DNA of 31,702 nucleotides, taken from NCBI GenBank assembly GCA_043826355.1, contig JBDRQI010000020.1, forward strand, positions 1-31,702, read 5' to 3'. The notes under the pieces were generated by a model that saw nothing but the letters and a program-made list of their open reading frames with translations, had not been told where the DNA came from and made no database searches. Below, piece by piece: positions 1 to 9,707 of the stretch (position 1 is its first letter; each line of letters opens with the position of its first letter). The position numbers and the translations under genes were made by a program. The stretch is from Candidatus Omnitrophota bacterium (GTDB lineage: Bacteria; Ratteibacteria; UBA8468; MWAK01).

Positions 1-145
1 CCCACAGGGGGGCAAGAACCGTCTCCCTACTTCTTGAAAAGTTGCCGGGTTAAATTTTGAAGTTTCCGGAGTTAGTATAAACCACATACTAACTCTTTTA
101 AAAGAACCAAATGCTCAATACTGAGCATTATACCAGGGGGTTGGT

Positions 146-706
146 ATGACAAAGATTATATGGGGAGTGACCGGCGGTTTAATCCTGATCGCCCTGATCG
201 GAAGCATAATCAGCATCTACAACATGCTGATTATGATCAAACACAACGTCGCCAAGGCCTGGAGCAATATCGACGTCCTCCTCAAGCAGAGGATGGATGA
301 ACTGGAAAAACTGGTGGATGTTTGTAAAACCTACATGAAATACGAACAGGAAACCCTGCAGAAGGTCATCAGTCTTCGTTCAATAATTTCAAAAGCGGAG
401 GGAATCGGAGAACGGCTTCAGGCGGAAGGCGCCCTGGCCGGGGCGCTTAAGACCCTCTTTGCGGTTGCGGAGAACTACCCGGACCTGAAAGCGGACAACA
501 ATTTTGCCCAGTTGCGGCAGCGGATTTCCTACCTGGAAAACGAGATCGCCGACCGTCGGGAATTTTACAACGAATCGGTAAATTTGTATAATATAAAGAT
601 AGCCCAGATTCCAACGGTCCTGATCGCCAGACCGCTGGGTTACCAACCCTCACCCCTTTTTGAAATACCGGAGGCGGAAAGGGAGAACCCGAAATTGGCG
701 TTTTAA
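146..706 (+). CDS. lemA: LemA family protein
   Basis: N-terminal TM helix, then AWSNIDVLLKQR, YE.ETL, FAVAENYPDLKA and LENEIA..R.FYN..V..YN motifs typical of LemA; SD-like AGGGG upstream. Confidence 0.95.
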   Translation: MTKIIWGVTGGLILIALIGSIISIYNMLIMIKHNVAKAWSNIDVLLKQRMDELEKLVDVCKTYMKYEQETLQKVISLRSIISKAEGIGERLQAEGALAGALKTLFAVAENYPDLKADNNFAQLRQRISYLENEIADRREFYNESVNLYNIKIAQIPTVLIARPLGYQPSPLFEIPEAERENPKLAF

Positions 707-720
707 TGTACAGAACTCCT

Positions 721-795
721 GTCATTCCCGAATGTTTATATCGGGAATCCACGCTTTAAAGGTTTGGGTTCCCGCTTACTATCCGCGGGAACAAC
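721..795. repeat. GTCA-tagged palindromic repeat doublet (GTCATTCCCG...CGGGAATCC family)
   Basis: GTCATTCCCGAATGTTTATATCGGGAATCC (721-750), a spacer, then a degenerate inverted arm GGGTTCCCGCTTACTATCCGCGGGAACAAC. Related copies at 17826, 19208, 21151, 21690, 22371 and 30617. Confidence 0.9.
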
Positions 796-826
796 AAACG
801 TTTTAACAACATTATAGAGGTAACTC

Positions 827-1969
827 ATGTGGAAGAGCAGATTGTTTACTCCTGGCCCAACGCCGGTACCGGATGAGATTTTGCTGGAAATGGCAAAACC
901 GCTAATTCACCACCGCACCCCGCAATTCCGCAAAATACTGGCCGAGTGTTTCAGCGGTTTGAAAGAATTCTTTCAAACTAAAGAAGATGTTATGATTTTG
1001 ACCTCTTCCGGAACCGGAGCCATGGAAGCGGCTATCAGCAATCTCCTCTCACCCGGCGAAAAATGCCTGGTGGTTGAAGGGGGCAAGTTCGGTGAACGAT
1101 TCCGGGAAATCGCCGTTGCTTACGGCATAGAGGTAACCACCCTTCCGGTAGAATGGGGGAAATCGGCAACTCCAATCGAGATAGAGGCCGCGCTCAAAAA
1201 AGAACCGGATATCAAGGCGGTCTTTACCACACTCTGCGAAACCTCAACCGGAACCCATACCGACATCAAGGGAATCGGCGAAATCATCCGCCAGCGGCCG
1301 GAGGTACTCCTGGTGGTTGACGGCATCAGCAGTCTGGGAGCAACAGAATGTCGCACCGATGAGTGGGGAATTGACGTAATGATTTCCGCTTCTCAAAAGG
1401 CGTTCATGCTGCCGCCCGGCCTGGCTTTCATCTCCTTAAGTCCAAAAGCCTGGGAAAAATCAGCCAAAACCAAAACCCCGCGCTATTATTTTGATCTATC
1501 CGCTTACCGAAAAGCGGTCTCAAAGGAAGATACGCCGTACACCCCGGCTTTGACTTTAATCATCGGTCTGGCCGGCGTTCTGAAGATGCTCAAAACGGAA
1601 GGAATTGAAAACGTCTGGAAGCGCCACTGCCTTCTGGCTGAAGCAACCCGCCAGGGGGTAAAAGCGCTGGGCCTGCAACTTCTGGCTGAACACCCCAGTA
1701 ATGCAGTTACCGCGGTGCGGGTGCCTGAGGAGATAGACGCGGAAGCGCTGACCAAGGCCCTGCGGGATAGTTCCGGCATAACCTTTGCCGGCGGTCAGGG
1801 TAAACTGAAAGGAAAAATTTTCCGCATTGCTCACCTGGGCTGGGTTGACCAGTATGAAATACTGCAGGCGATTGCCGCCCTGGAATTACAATTGTTAAAG
1901 ATGGGTTATGCGCTGCAGTCGGGAACCGGTGTCGGCGCAGCCGAAAAAGTTTTTTTGGAGCAAAAATGA
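827..1969 (+). CDS. Class V PLP-dependent aminotransferase (serine-pyruvate / alanine-glyoxylate family, probable phosphoserine aminotransferase)
   Basis: LFTPGPT, SGTGAME, VDGISSLG, SASQKAFMLPPG (PLP lysine), GGQG and FRIAHLG motifs; overlaps serA by ATGA. Confidence 0.9.
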   Translation: MWKSRLFTPGPTPVPDEILLEMAKPLIHHRTPQFRKILAECFSGLKEFFQTKEDVMILTSSGTGAMEAAISNLLSPGEKCLVVEGGKFGERFREIAVAYGIEVTTLPVEWGKSATPIEIEAALKKEPDIKAVFTTLCETSTGTHTDIKGIGEIIRQRPEVLLVVDGISSLGATECRTDEWGIDVMISASQKAFMLPPGLAFISLSPKAWEKSAKTKTPRYYFDLSAYRKAVSKEDTPYTPALTLIIGLAGVLKMLKTEGIENVWKRHCLLAEATRQGVKALGLQLLAEHPSNAVTAVRVPEEIDAEALTKALRDSSGITFAGGQGKLKGKIFRIAHLGWVDQYEILQAIAALELQLLKMGYALQSGTGVGAAEKVFLEQK

Positions 1970-3543
1970 AAATATTAGTGACCGACCCCCTTTCCCCGGA
2001 AGGAATCAAGATTTTGAAAGAAGAGGGTTTTGAAATTGACGAAGCAGGCAAATTAACGACGGACGCGCTGGTTGAAAAGATCAAAGGTTACGACGGTTTA
2101 ATCGTCCGCAGCGGTACAAAAGTGACACGGCCGGTTATTGAAGCCGCCGACAAACTGAAGGTAATCGGCCGGGCCGGGGTAGGCCTGGACAACGTGGAGT
2201 TGAATCCGGCGACCGAAAAAGGCATTATCGTAATGAATTCGCCGGAAGGCAACACCATTTCAACCGCCGAACATTCCTTTGCGCTCATCCTGTCTTTAAT
2301 GCGTAACATCCCGGAAGCGCACCTTTCCGTCAAAGAAGGCAAGTGGGAAAAGAAGGGTTTTACCGGAACCGAACTTTACCGCAAAATAATCGGAATTATC
2401 GGCTTTGGCCGCATTGGCCAGCGGGTAGCCCAGTATGCGCGGGCATTCGATATGGAAGTACTGGTCTGTGACCCTTTTATCAGTGAAGAAAAAGCGATTG
2501 CCGGCGGCGTCTCGCTGGTGGATTTGGAAACACTGGTTAAGACCGCAGACCTCATTACCCTGCATATGCCCATCACCGCGGAAACAAAGGGAATTGTCGG
2601 CGCCAAAGAAATATCCCTGATGAAACCAACCGCTTTTATCGTTAATTGTGCGCGCGGCGGACTAATTGATGAAAAAGCCCTGGATGAAGCCCTTGCTTCC
2701 GGGAAGATTAAGGGTGCGGCCCTGGATGTTTTTGAGAACGAGCCGCCGGTCGAAAATCCCCTGTTGAAGCACCGAAATTTAATTGTAACCCCGCACCTGG
2801 GCGCTTCCACGCGGGAAGCGCAGGACCGGGTCGCGCTGGACATCTGCCGCCAGATCTCCGATTATCTGAAGCGGGGCGTCATCACAAATGCCGCAAACCT
2901 GCCTTCTGTAAGCGAAAAGATGCTCAGTTTCTTAAAACCATACCTTAATCTTTGCGAAAAACTGGGCCTCTTTCTGGCCCAGGCAGTTCCGGGCCGTTTC
3001 AACCGGGTACAACTGGAATACTACGGGGAGGTGGCGGAAATGGACCTCTCTCCACTCCAGCATGGTTTTCTCAACGGCCTCCTTCGTCCTTCCCAGGGTG
3101 CCGGCGTAAACTACATCAACGCCCCGCTCCTGACCCGGGAAAGAGGCATCAAATTTTCAGAATCAAAAAGCACCGAAGCGCTTGAATTTGCCAATATCAT
3201 CACCGCAACCGTCTCCGGCAATAACACCAGCTTCTCTGTTTCCGGAACCATTTTCGGCAAGAAGGAGCCGCGGCTGGTTAAGATTGACGGTTACCTGGTG
3301 GATGCGATGCCCGACGGGTTTATCCTCTTCTGCCAAAACGAGGACAAGCCGGGCATCGTCGGGAAGATCGGCACCATCCTGGCCGAATGCCAGATAAACA
3401 TCGCCGGAATGACCCTGGGACGAAAAGAAAAAGGCGGACCAGCCATTACCATTTTGAACGTTGACGCCTCGGTGCCGGAAGAGACCCTGGACCTAATTAA
3501 AAATATCAAAGAAGTGAACAGCGTTAAACTGATTAAATTGTAA
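1966..3543 (+). CDS. serA: D-3-phosphoglycerate dehydrogenase (type I, with ASB and ACT domains)
   Basis: GRAGVGLDNV, GFGRIG Rossmann motif, NCARGG, TPHLGAST and a C-terminal ACT domain (DKPGIVGKIG); 525 aa. Confidence 0.96.
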   Translation: MKILVTDPLSPEGIKILKEEGFEIDEAGKLTTDALVEKIKGYDGLIVRSGTKVTRPVIEAADKLKVIGRAGVGLDNVELNPATEKGIIVMNSPEGNTISTAEHSFALILSLMRNIPEAHLSVKEGKWEKKGFTGTELYRKIIGIIGFGRIGQRVAQYARAFDMEVLVCDPFISEEKAIAGGVSLVDLETLVKTADLITLHMPITAETKGIVGAKEISLMKPTAFIVNCARGGLIDEKALDEALASGKIKGAALDVFENEPPVENPLLKHRNLIVTPHLGASTREAQDRVALDICRQISDYLKRGVITNAANLPSVSEKMLSFLKPYLNLCEKLGLFLAQAVPGRFNRVQLEYYGEVAEMDLSPLQHGFLNGLLRPSQGAGVNYINAPLLTRERGIKFSESKSTEALEFANIITATVSGNNTSFSVSGTIFGKKEPRLVKIDGYLVDAMPDGFILFCQNEDKPGIVGKIGTILAECQINIAGMTLGRKEKGGPAITILNVDASVPEETLDLIKNIKEVNSVKLIKL

Positions 3544-3548
3544 TTTCT

Positions 3549-3749
3549 GAGGTCAGTTCAAAGATAATGAGACAAAAAAGAGGAAAACTAACCAATAGAT
3601 ATCTACCTGTTTTTTCCTGCGAAGGTTCGCCGGGGAGCAATCGGTTTTACGATAATTCATCCCCGGAGATAATGGCCGAATTTACCCGGCACGTTACTCC
3701 TGAACCCTAGCGGGAAACCTCGCTGTCCCGTATCTTTTCCGCTGACCTC
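3549..3749 (+). ncRNA. ssrS: Probable 6S RNA
   Basis: About 200-nt irregular rod: GAGGTCAG(3549)/CTGACCTC(3742), AAAGATA/TATCTTT, TGAGACA/TGTCCCG, GAGG/CCTC, an unpaired A-rich stretch, then TTTCCTGC(3613)/GCGGGAAA(3710), GGTTC/GAACC, GCCGGG/CCCGGC, TCGGTT/GGCCGA. G-U pairs fit the + strand. It lies directly upstream of rny, a common 6S context. Confidence 0.7.
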
Positions 3750-3814
3750 GCTTCGTCGCCGAAGCGCCATTGCAAAGTGCGATTGCGCGCTCCGCGACCG
3801 AAAGGAGGTATCAA

Positions 3815-5365
3815 TTGTCACCTTCCGACATTCTGCTCTGGCTTTTGATTGGTGGATTTTTAGGATACCTGATCCATCTTTTACTCACCGAAAAAAATAT
3901 CAAAAACGCCGAGACGAAGAGCCGCCAGATTCTGGCCCAGACCGAGGCAGAGGTAAATCGACGCAAGAAGGAACTTGAGATAGAAACAAAAGAAGCGCTC
4001 TTTAAATTACGCGGTGACGTTGACCGGGAAACAAAAGAAGAACGCCGCCAACTTCAGGCCCTGGAACAGCGCCTGTCTCAACGCGAAACCAACCAGGAAC
4101 GCAAACTTGCCTTCCTGGACAAAAAGGAGCAGGACCTGAGCCAGCAGGAAAAAACCCTCACCGAACGCACTAAAACTATCGTCCAGAAAGAACAGGAGCT
4201 TTCCGGCGTCCTGGAAGAAGAGAAAAGTCGGTTGTCACGGGTAGCCAACCTTTCCCGGGATGAAGCCCGGCAAATCCTGATTTCTAAAATGGAGGATGAG
4301 GCCCGGCACGACGCCGCGGTCCGCCTCAAACAGATTGAAGACGATACGCGCGAAGAATCCGACCGCATTTCCCGCACCATCGTCCTGGAAGCAATCCAGC
4401 GCTGCGCCTCCGAACAATCCGAATCCTCCACTACTTCGGTTGTCAGCCTCCCCTCGGATGAAATGAAGGGACGTCTCATCGGCCGGGAAGGACGCAACAT
4501 TCGCGCCTTTGAAGCCGCGACCGGCGTTGACCTGATTGTGGACGATACGCCTGAGGCGGTAACCATCTCAGCCTTCAATATCTACCGCCGGGCAATTGCG
4601 CGGCTGGTCCTGGAGCGGCTCATTTCCGACGGACGCATCCACCCGGGCCGCATTGAAGAAGTAACGGAAAAGATCAAGCTTGAGATGGAGGAAGAGATAT
4701 TAAAAACCGGTAAGGAAGCCGCCCTTTCGCTGGGTATCCCGAAACTACACCCGGAACTCCTGCGCCTCATCGGCCGGCTCAAATACCGTACTTCCTACGG
4801 CCAGAACGTCTTGCAGCATTCAATCGAAGTAGCACACCTGGCCTCTGTGATGGCCGGAGAACTGAAGATGGACCGGGCCATTGCCAAGCGGGCCGGTTTA
4901 CTCCACGACATCGGCAAGAGCGTGGACCAGGAGGTGGAAGGCGACCACATTCAGCTGGGCTTTGACATCGCCAACCGTTACAACGAACAGCCGGAAATCC
5001 TGGAGGCAATCCGCGGTCACCACAACGACTACTCGGCAACCACACCCTATGCGGTACTAATGTCTGCGGCAGATGCACTTTCCGCCAGTCGTCCCGGAGC
5101 GCGGCGTGAAACCCTGGAAGGTTATATCAAGCGCCTGGAAAAATTGGAAGCCATCGCCACCAGTTTCCGGGGCGTAACCCAGGCCTATGCTATTTCCGCG
5201 GGCCGGGAGGTACGGGTCATCGTCAAACCGGAAGCCATTACTGACGCGGAAGCATCCCTCATGGTCAACCAGTTGACTAAAAAGATTGAAGAGGGAATGG
5301 AGTATCCGGGAACCATCAAGGTAACGGTGATACGGGAAGTAAGGTATTCGGAGATGGCCAAGTAG
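3815..5365 (+). CDS. rny: Ribonuclease Y
   Basis: N-terminal TM, coiled coil, KH domain (MKGRLIGREGRNIR), RTSYGQNVL, HD motif (LLHDIGK) and AGRE. Start moved to the in-frame TTG at 3815, which follows AAAGGAGGT (3801-3809). Confidence 0.96.
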   Translation: MSPSDILLWLLIGGFLGYLIHLLLTEKNIKNAETKSRQILAQTEAEVNRRKKELEIETKEALFKLRGDVDRETKEERRQLQALEQRLSQRETNQERKLAFLDKKEQDLSQQEKTLTERTKTIVQKEQELSGVLEEEKSRLSRVANLSRDEARQILISKMEDEARHDAAVRLKQIEDDTREESDRISRTIVLEAIQRCASEQSESSTTSVVSLPSDEMKGRLIGREGRNIRAFEAATGVDLIVDDTPEAVTISAFNIYRRAIARLVLERLISDGRIHPGRIEEVTEKIKLEMEEEILKTGKEAALSLGIPKLHPELLRLIGRLKYRTSYGQNVLQHSIEVAHLASVMAGELKMDRAIAKRAGLLHDIGKSVDQEVEGDHIQLGFDIANRYNEQPEILEAIRGHHNDYSATTPYAVLMSAADALSASRPGARRETLEGYIKRLEKLEAIATSFRGVTQAYAISAGREVRVIVKPEAITDAEASLMVNQLTKKIEEGMEYPGTIKVTVIREVRYSEMAK

Positions 5366-5434
5366 GCGCGAGGGTGTCTGGTTAGCCGAATACCCTCATT
5401 TGAAACAAACCGGAAAATAATTCTGGCGATAAAA

Positions 5435-6253
5435 ATGCATACGAGGAAAAAATTGAATGTAATGATTGTCGGGGCGCATCCAGATGACCCCGAAGGGCAG
5501 TTTGGCGGTGCGGCAATGCTTTACCGCGCAAAAGGACACAGGGTAATGATGGTTTCCATGACAAATGGTGACGGCGGACATCACCTTATGGACAGAAAAA
5601 AACTTGCTGCAAGACGTAGGAAAGAAACGCTGTCTGCCGCCGGAGTAATGGATGTAGAGTATGAGGTGTTGCCCATTCACGATGGAGAATTAATGCCGAC
5701 TCTCGCCAACCGAAAAAAACTTTTAAGAATAATAAGACGGTTCAATCCGGATATAATATTTACGCATTCTCCCGCAGAATATCACCCGGACCACAGGTAT
5801 ACCAACCAACTGGTGCTTGATACTTCCTACATTGTTATAGTTCCAAACGCTCTGCCTGACCTTCCTCCGCTTAAAGAAAACCCGTGTTATTTTTATTTCT
5901 CATCCGGCAGGCCGCAGAAAGACGCGTTTAACTTTTGCGTCCCCATCGACTCTGTGTGGAACAGGAAATTACTTGCCTGGCATCAACACACCTCGCAGAT
6001 GTACGAATGGTTGCCTTGGACAATGGGAATCCTGAGTAAAGTACCTGCGGATGAAAAGAGGAGGCTGAAATTTCTTAATGAATGGCGCGGAAAAATCAAT
6101 GGGTTGCTTACCGATAATTATCGGTTGTGGCTTAGAAAAAAATACGGGGAAAAAGCTGAAAAAATTCGATACGTGGAAGCCGTGTATTCTGCTCCGGTTG
6201 GAAAACAGGTTGACATGAAGCAGAAAGAGATTGAAAGTTTTTTCCCTCTTTAG
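5435..6253 (+). CDS. PIG-L/LmbE family deacetylase
   Basis: GAHPDD metal motif, TNGD.G, RR.E, YHPDH and H.SQ.YEWLP. Confidence 0.9.
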   Translation: MHTRKKLNVMIVGAHPDDPEGQFGGAAMLYRAKGHRVMMVSMTNGDGGHHLMDRKKLAARRRKETLSAAGVMDVEYEVLPIHDGELMPTLANRKKLLRIIRRFNPDIIFTHSPAEYHPDHRYTNQLVLDTSYIVIVPNALPDLPPLKENPCYFYFSSGRPQKDAFNFCVPIDSVWNRKLLAWHQHTSQMYEWLPWTMGILSKVPADEKRRLKFLNEWRGKINGLLTDNYRLWLRKKYGEKAEKIRYVEAVYSAPVGKQVDMKQKEIESFFPL

Positions 6254-6276
6254 TTTCCCGCCGCAGGCGGTCGCGG

Positions 6277-7185
6277 TTAATTCGTAAGACGGTGAAGATA
6301 AAAAGTGGTTTTTTTACCAACAATGTTCAGGGAATAAGTCGGCGCCGGCTGACCCTTAGTGTCTATGAGTTCAGAAGGAAGGCTGCCCTTGACGTCAAAA
6401 TTCTCTAACTCCAGGACTGTTTCCAGTTCGGCCAATTCGCCCTTCTGAATGTCAAAAGAGATCTCGCCGCCAGCCGAAACTTTTCTTCCCTCCTTTCGAG
6501 AATCAATATCAGGCGGTACAAGGGTAATCTTTGCCAAACCGTCTTTTACTTCTTCCAAGCGGTAATTTATGCGCGCCGCCCTCTTATCGGCCAGTTCTGT
6601 TACTCCTTCCCGACGTTGCCAGGTATCACCCGTCTTAAGCGGTCCCTCGGGAAAGGTGGGAACGAATGACTGATAGAGTATGTTGAATTCGTTAGAGGAA
6701 AATTTAGAAGGGTCAATCTTTAAGGGAAGCCGGTCCAGACCCGGAATGTAAGCAGAAAAACTTTTCATGGCAACCTTGACAAATTCCGCAATTATCCCCT
6801 GCAATCCTTCGCTTTCTAAAATATCGCCGGTTGGAGAGATTCTTACCCGGACCTCTTTACCCGCTAAATTGATCTTCTTTCCCTGGTAACTGGCATCAGT
6901 ATAAAGATGATGCCAGATGCCGTTCCCGTTTTCATCCACCCCTTCCACCCTCTGGGTAAACTCCAGCATCATATTCTGGGTCCTTTGTGTAACCTTTCCG
7001 CCCATCTTTATCTTTTCCCAGTCGGAAATATCGAGTTGATAACGGGTTTCCTGACCCACTGGAAATTGATAGCGCAAGAGATAGGTATCGGTGCTTGCGT
7101 TCTCCTGTCCGAAAAGATACGGAACCAGCCAGAGAATAAAAAAGAAGAAGAAGGCGCCTGCCTTAAACAAAGATTTGTTCCTCAT
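6277..7185 (-). CDS. Exported hypothetical protein (resembles DUF6263-type proteins)
   Basis: 302-aa ORF with a signal-peptide-like N-terminus, L.Y.F..G...RY start and a [12 protein letters not shown] motif; overlaps the upstream pilin-like gene by 4 nt. Confidence 0.65.
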   Translation of the reverse strand: MRNKSLFKAGAFFFFFILWLVPYLFGQENASTDTYLLRYQFPVGQETRYQLDISDWEKIKMGGKVTQRTQNMMLEFTQRVEGVDENGNGIWHHLYTDASYQGKKINLAGKEVRVRISPTGDILESEGLQGIIAEFVKVAMKSFSAYIPGLDRLPLKIDPSKFSSNEFNILYQSFVPTFPEGPLKTGDTWQRREGVTELADKRAARINYRLEEVKDGLAKITLVPPDIDSRKEGRKVSAGGEISFDIQKGELAELETVLELENFDVKGSLPSELIDTKGQPAPTYSLNIVGKKTTFYLHRLTN

Positions 7186-7841
7186 AGTTTTTCCCAGTTA
7201 ACGTGACCGTCTAAATAAAGAACGTTAATTCCTCCGTAATGGAGAATTCCTTTCCAGCCGGAACCTCCTTCAAGCGGAGGGTCCTTCAAGAGCCAAATAT
7301 TGCTGGCGCCGCTTTGACCATCAACAGTACAATTACCGTCTAAAAATTTACTCTTAACGGTTTTGTTCAAAAACTCCGGGTCACCCGGCTGAACCGTATG
7401 GATAATGTACGCGGTGAATGGCGTAATTCCGTTATCAACGGCAAATTTCTTCACCTGCCCCCTGATGCTGGGGCAGAAGTAGATTGAATTCAAATCACTC
7501 GGCGGCCAGTTAAGGATGTCGTCCGGATCCAAGTTTGGCTCTAAAACCGGCCGGATAAAATTGGTCCAATTGATGTAACACATATACGGGAGGGATTCTG
7601 CAATTCCTATGTCCGGCGGCGGAATTCTTCCATCATAATTCTGGGCGTAGAGCATAAAACCAAGGTAGAGCTGCTTTAAATTATTAAGACAACTTGCCTG
7701 CCTGGCCTTCTCCCTTGCCCGCGAGAGCGCCGGCAGGAGCATCGCCGCCAGGATGGCAATAATGGCAATAACCACTAATAGTTCAATTAAAGTGAAGCCA
7801 CGTTCCTTCTGTAACCTTTTAATGAGTGTTTTCGTTTTCAT
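7182..7841 (-). CDS. Prepilin-type N-terminal cleavage/methylation protein with H-X9-DG motif (DUF1559-like)
   Basis: [40 protein letters not shown] and C-terminal [14 protein letters not shown]. Start placed at ATG 7841 because the longer ORF start lies inside a repeat. Confidence 0.92.
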   Translation of the reverse strand: MKTKTLIKRLQKERGFTLIELLVVIAIIAILAAMLLPALSRAREKARQASCLNNLKQLYLGFMLYAQNYDGRIPPPDIGIAESLPYMCYINWTNFIRPVLEPNLDPDDILNWPPSDLNSIYFCPSIRGQVKKFAVDNGITPFTAYIIHTVQPGDPEFLNKTVKSKFLDGNCTVDGQSGASNIWLLKDPPLEGGSGWKGILHYGGINVLYLDGHVNWEKL

Positions 7842-7851
7842 AAAATAAGGA

Positions 7852-8015
7852 AGAAGCCCGCCCACAGGGCGGGGCTTCTGAGCGGGTAGCCGCAGGCCCG
7901 CCTGTGCTAAAGCTACGGCGAGGTACAGCTTTAGCCTGCGTTAATAGGTGGCGCAAACAAAAGTTTGCGGCTGCCGAAACCATTCATCCCCGCCTGCAAA
8001 GCCGGGCATTCTGGC
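7852..8015. repeat. Composite nested palindromic element
   Basis: Outer hairpins AGAAGCCCGCCCACAGGGCGGGGCTTCT (7852-7879) and CATTCATCCCCGCCTGCAAAGCCGGGCATTCT (from 7981). Inner inverted REP doublet GTAGCCGCAGGC..TTTAGCCTGCG / GCGCAAACAAAAGTTTGCGGCTGC (7886-7974). A 31-nt hairpin is inserted at 7898-7928. Confidence 0.8.
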
Positions 8016-8027
8016 GTTTTTCGTAAA

Positions 8028-9011
8028 TCAATTAGTTCCGGAAAAAGCTCTAAAGTAGACAATTCCCAAAAATTCCGCTATGTTGACCTCTTTCAACCGA
8101 AAGTCGTCCGCAGAGAAAAAGGGGTTGTATTTAATATCCTTAACCTCCAGCTTCACCTTATTGCCGTCACGTTCTCCGGAAAGGACTATCCGGTACGGCA
8201 GGTAATCAAAAGGTGAAACTGCGATGTTTTTGTGCTGCTGAAATTCGGCGGTAATGATAAGGTCTCTGGCGGCGGAAATGATTTTAAGAGTTGCCGGCAC
8301 AAAAGAATCGGCGTAAACATCCAGTTCTAACCATTCGCCGTTTTCACCGGGCGCGGAGAGCCGGTAACACTCCATGCCCTCTTTTTTAACCTCACTTACC
8401 TTTGTCTGCCGGGCGGTTTTGTCCAAATTTGCCTTTAATTTTTCGGCCAGGCTCGCAAGATAAGATGAAATCTTTCTGGTTTTTGGCAATCCCATTTCAG
8501 GAAGATGCAATTGCTCTTTCCGGTTCCCGGTCATCTCCCTAAAACGGGCATAGCTATCCTTTACCAACAGGTTGAGTTGGGGAGAAATAAAGGTTATTTC
8601 ATCCTTGTTCATAAAGAACAAGAATGCCCACTGGGCTGATGAAAATTCCAGAAAAAACTGGTCTGGCTGCAAACCGTCTTTGCCAGGGTCAAACTTCGTG
8701 CGGAAAGTTCCAGACCCATTTACCTCTGGCGTAAGTTCGTGGTTAAAAAGATTAGCCAGCGGCAATGACAGAGACCGGTAAGTGGAAGGGCTTAGACTCA
8801 GGGTGTAAGAAAATTTCCCTCTAACACCATTAACCGACGCAGTTTCGTCTTTACTTGCCTGGGTGATATTTTCAATCACCCTTGACAGTATTTCCCGGGG
8901 AACAGGTAAGGGCGGTTTTTTTTCATCAGCCCAAAGGCTTCGACCGCTGCATCCAACCATGGCTCCAACCAGAACAACCAGCCAAATCTTAGAACTCTTT
9001 TTTTCCCACAT
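8028..9011 (-). CDS. Exported hypothetical protein (possible LolA/LppX-like beta-sheet fold)
   Basis: 327-aa ORF, SD AGGAG, hydrophobic N-terminus, beta-rich pattern (CYRL, LELDVYADSFVPATL, C-terminal N..FSADDF). The fold is a guess. Confidence 0.6.
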   Translation of the reverse strand: MWEKKSSKIWLVVLVGAMVGCSGRSLWADEKKPPLPVPREILSRVIENITQASKDETASVNGVRGKFSYTLSLSPSTYRSLSLPLANLFNHELTPEVNGSGTFRTKFDPGKDGLQPDQFFLEFSSAQWAFLFFMNKDEITFISPQLNLLVKDSYARFREMTGNRKEQLHLPEMGLPKTRKISSYLASLAEKLKANLDKTARQTKVSEVKKEGMECYRLSAPGENGEWLELDVYADSFVPATLKIISAARDLIITAEFQQHKNIAVSPFDYLPYRIVLSGERDGNKVKLEVKDIKYNPFFSADDFRLKEVNIAEFLGIVYFRAFSGTN

Positions 9012-9041
9012 AATATCTCCTAATACCTGGTTAAAGTTTTG

Positions 9042-9680
9042 TCACGTTTCGGCGCGTTCCGGCCAGGGAATTCGGGATAAATCACGAATTTCCTGCGGAA
9101 AAGCGATCGCAGAAACCGTTTGGTAAAATCGGGACCAGAAGACCTGGCTAAAATCCTTGCCGGCGCCGGCCGTTTTTTCTTCCCTTTCTGCCGCAGGCGC
9201 TATTTTTTTGTGTTCTGTCAATACCGGTTTTTTGGTTTTAGGTATTTTTATTTCTCCTTTCGGCAACGGACTTTTCTCAATCGGTAACGGTGCCTTGTTT
9301 GAGACCAATATTGGTCCAGGCACTATCGGTTCCGGTATCGGTCCGGGCCGATAAAACAAGAATAAAACAACCAGAAAACTTAAGAGGAATCCGCCTGCCA
9401 ATAAACCAAATCTTTTTGGGCAACCAAACCCGGCAGCATAACTTTTCGGCGGAACTTCAGCCAATTTCGGAGTTAAGTTCAAAAACGGAACCGGCTCGTT
9501 CCGGTGCGCGGCAAAAAGGTCATCTAAAAGTAACGTAAGCCGTCTTTCTTCATAAAGTCTTCGGCGGCAAAACCGGCATTCTTTTAGATGTTCAGGAACG
9601 AAATCTTCCTTGTCCGCTTCTTTTTCATCCTCAAAAAAATCTTTTACTTCCGGCCAGAAAGAACACTTTTTTCTGTTCAT
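9042..9680 (-). CDS. Zinc-binding anti-sigma factor (zf-HC2) with TM helix
   Basis: HLKECRFC (HxxxCxxC), a TM segment (FGLLAGGFLLSFLVVLFLFY) and a Pro/Lys-rich C-terminal part; directly downstream of the ECF sigma gene. Confidence 0.85.
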   Translation of the reverse strand: MNRKKCSFWPEVKDFFEDEKEADKEDFVPEHLKECRFCRRRLYEERRLTLLLDDLFAAHRNEPVPFLNLTPKLAEVPPKSYAAGFGCPKRFGLLAGGFLLSFLVVLFLFYRPGPIPEPIVPGPILVSNKAPLPIEKSPLPKGEIKIPKTKKPVLTEHKKIAPAAEREEKTAGAGKDFSQVFWSRFYQTVSAIAFPQEIRDLSRIPWPERAET

Positions 9681-9707
9681 CTTGTCTCTCTCTGATTTAT
9701 TAGTGTC

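Noticed and set aside
1..30. GTAGGGAGACGG-type REP on the minus strand at the window edge
   Set aside because: It has a GTAG tag but the hairpin is poor and cut by the window boundary, so it cannot be supported.
721..750. Identity with Neisseria dRS3 (ATTCCC-N8-GGGAAT)
   Set aside because: The core hexamers are the same but the spacing here is about 13 nt with a GTC tag; this is similarity only.
5362..5375. rny stop codon in a GTAG context as a fourth REP-derived stop
   Set aside because: No palindrome follows GTAGGCGCG.
6258..6270. CCGCC-GCA-GGCGG mini-palindrome between convergent genes
   Set aside because: It is only 13 nt. It may relate to the 21-nt insert at 21204 or be a weak terminator, but it is too short to call.
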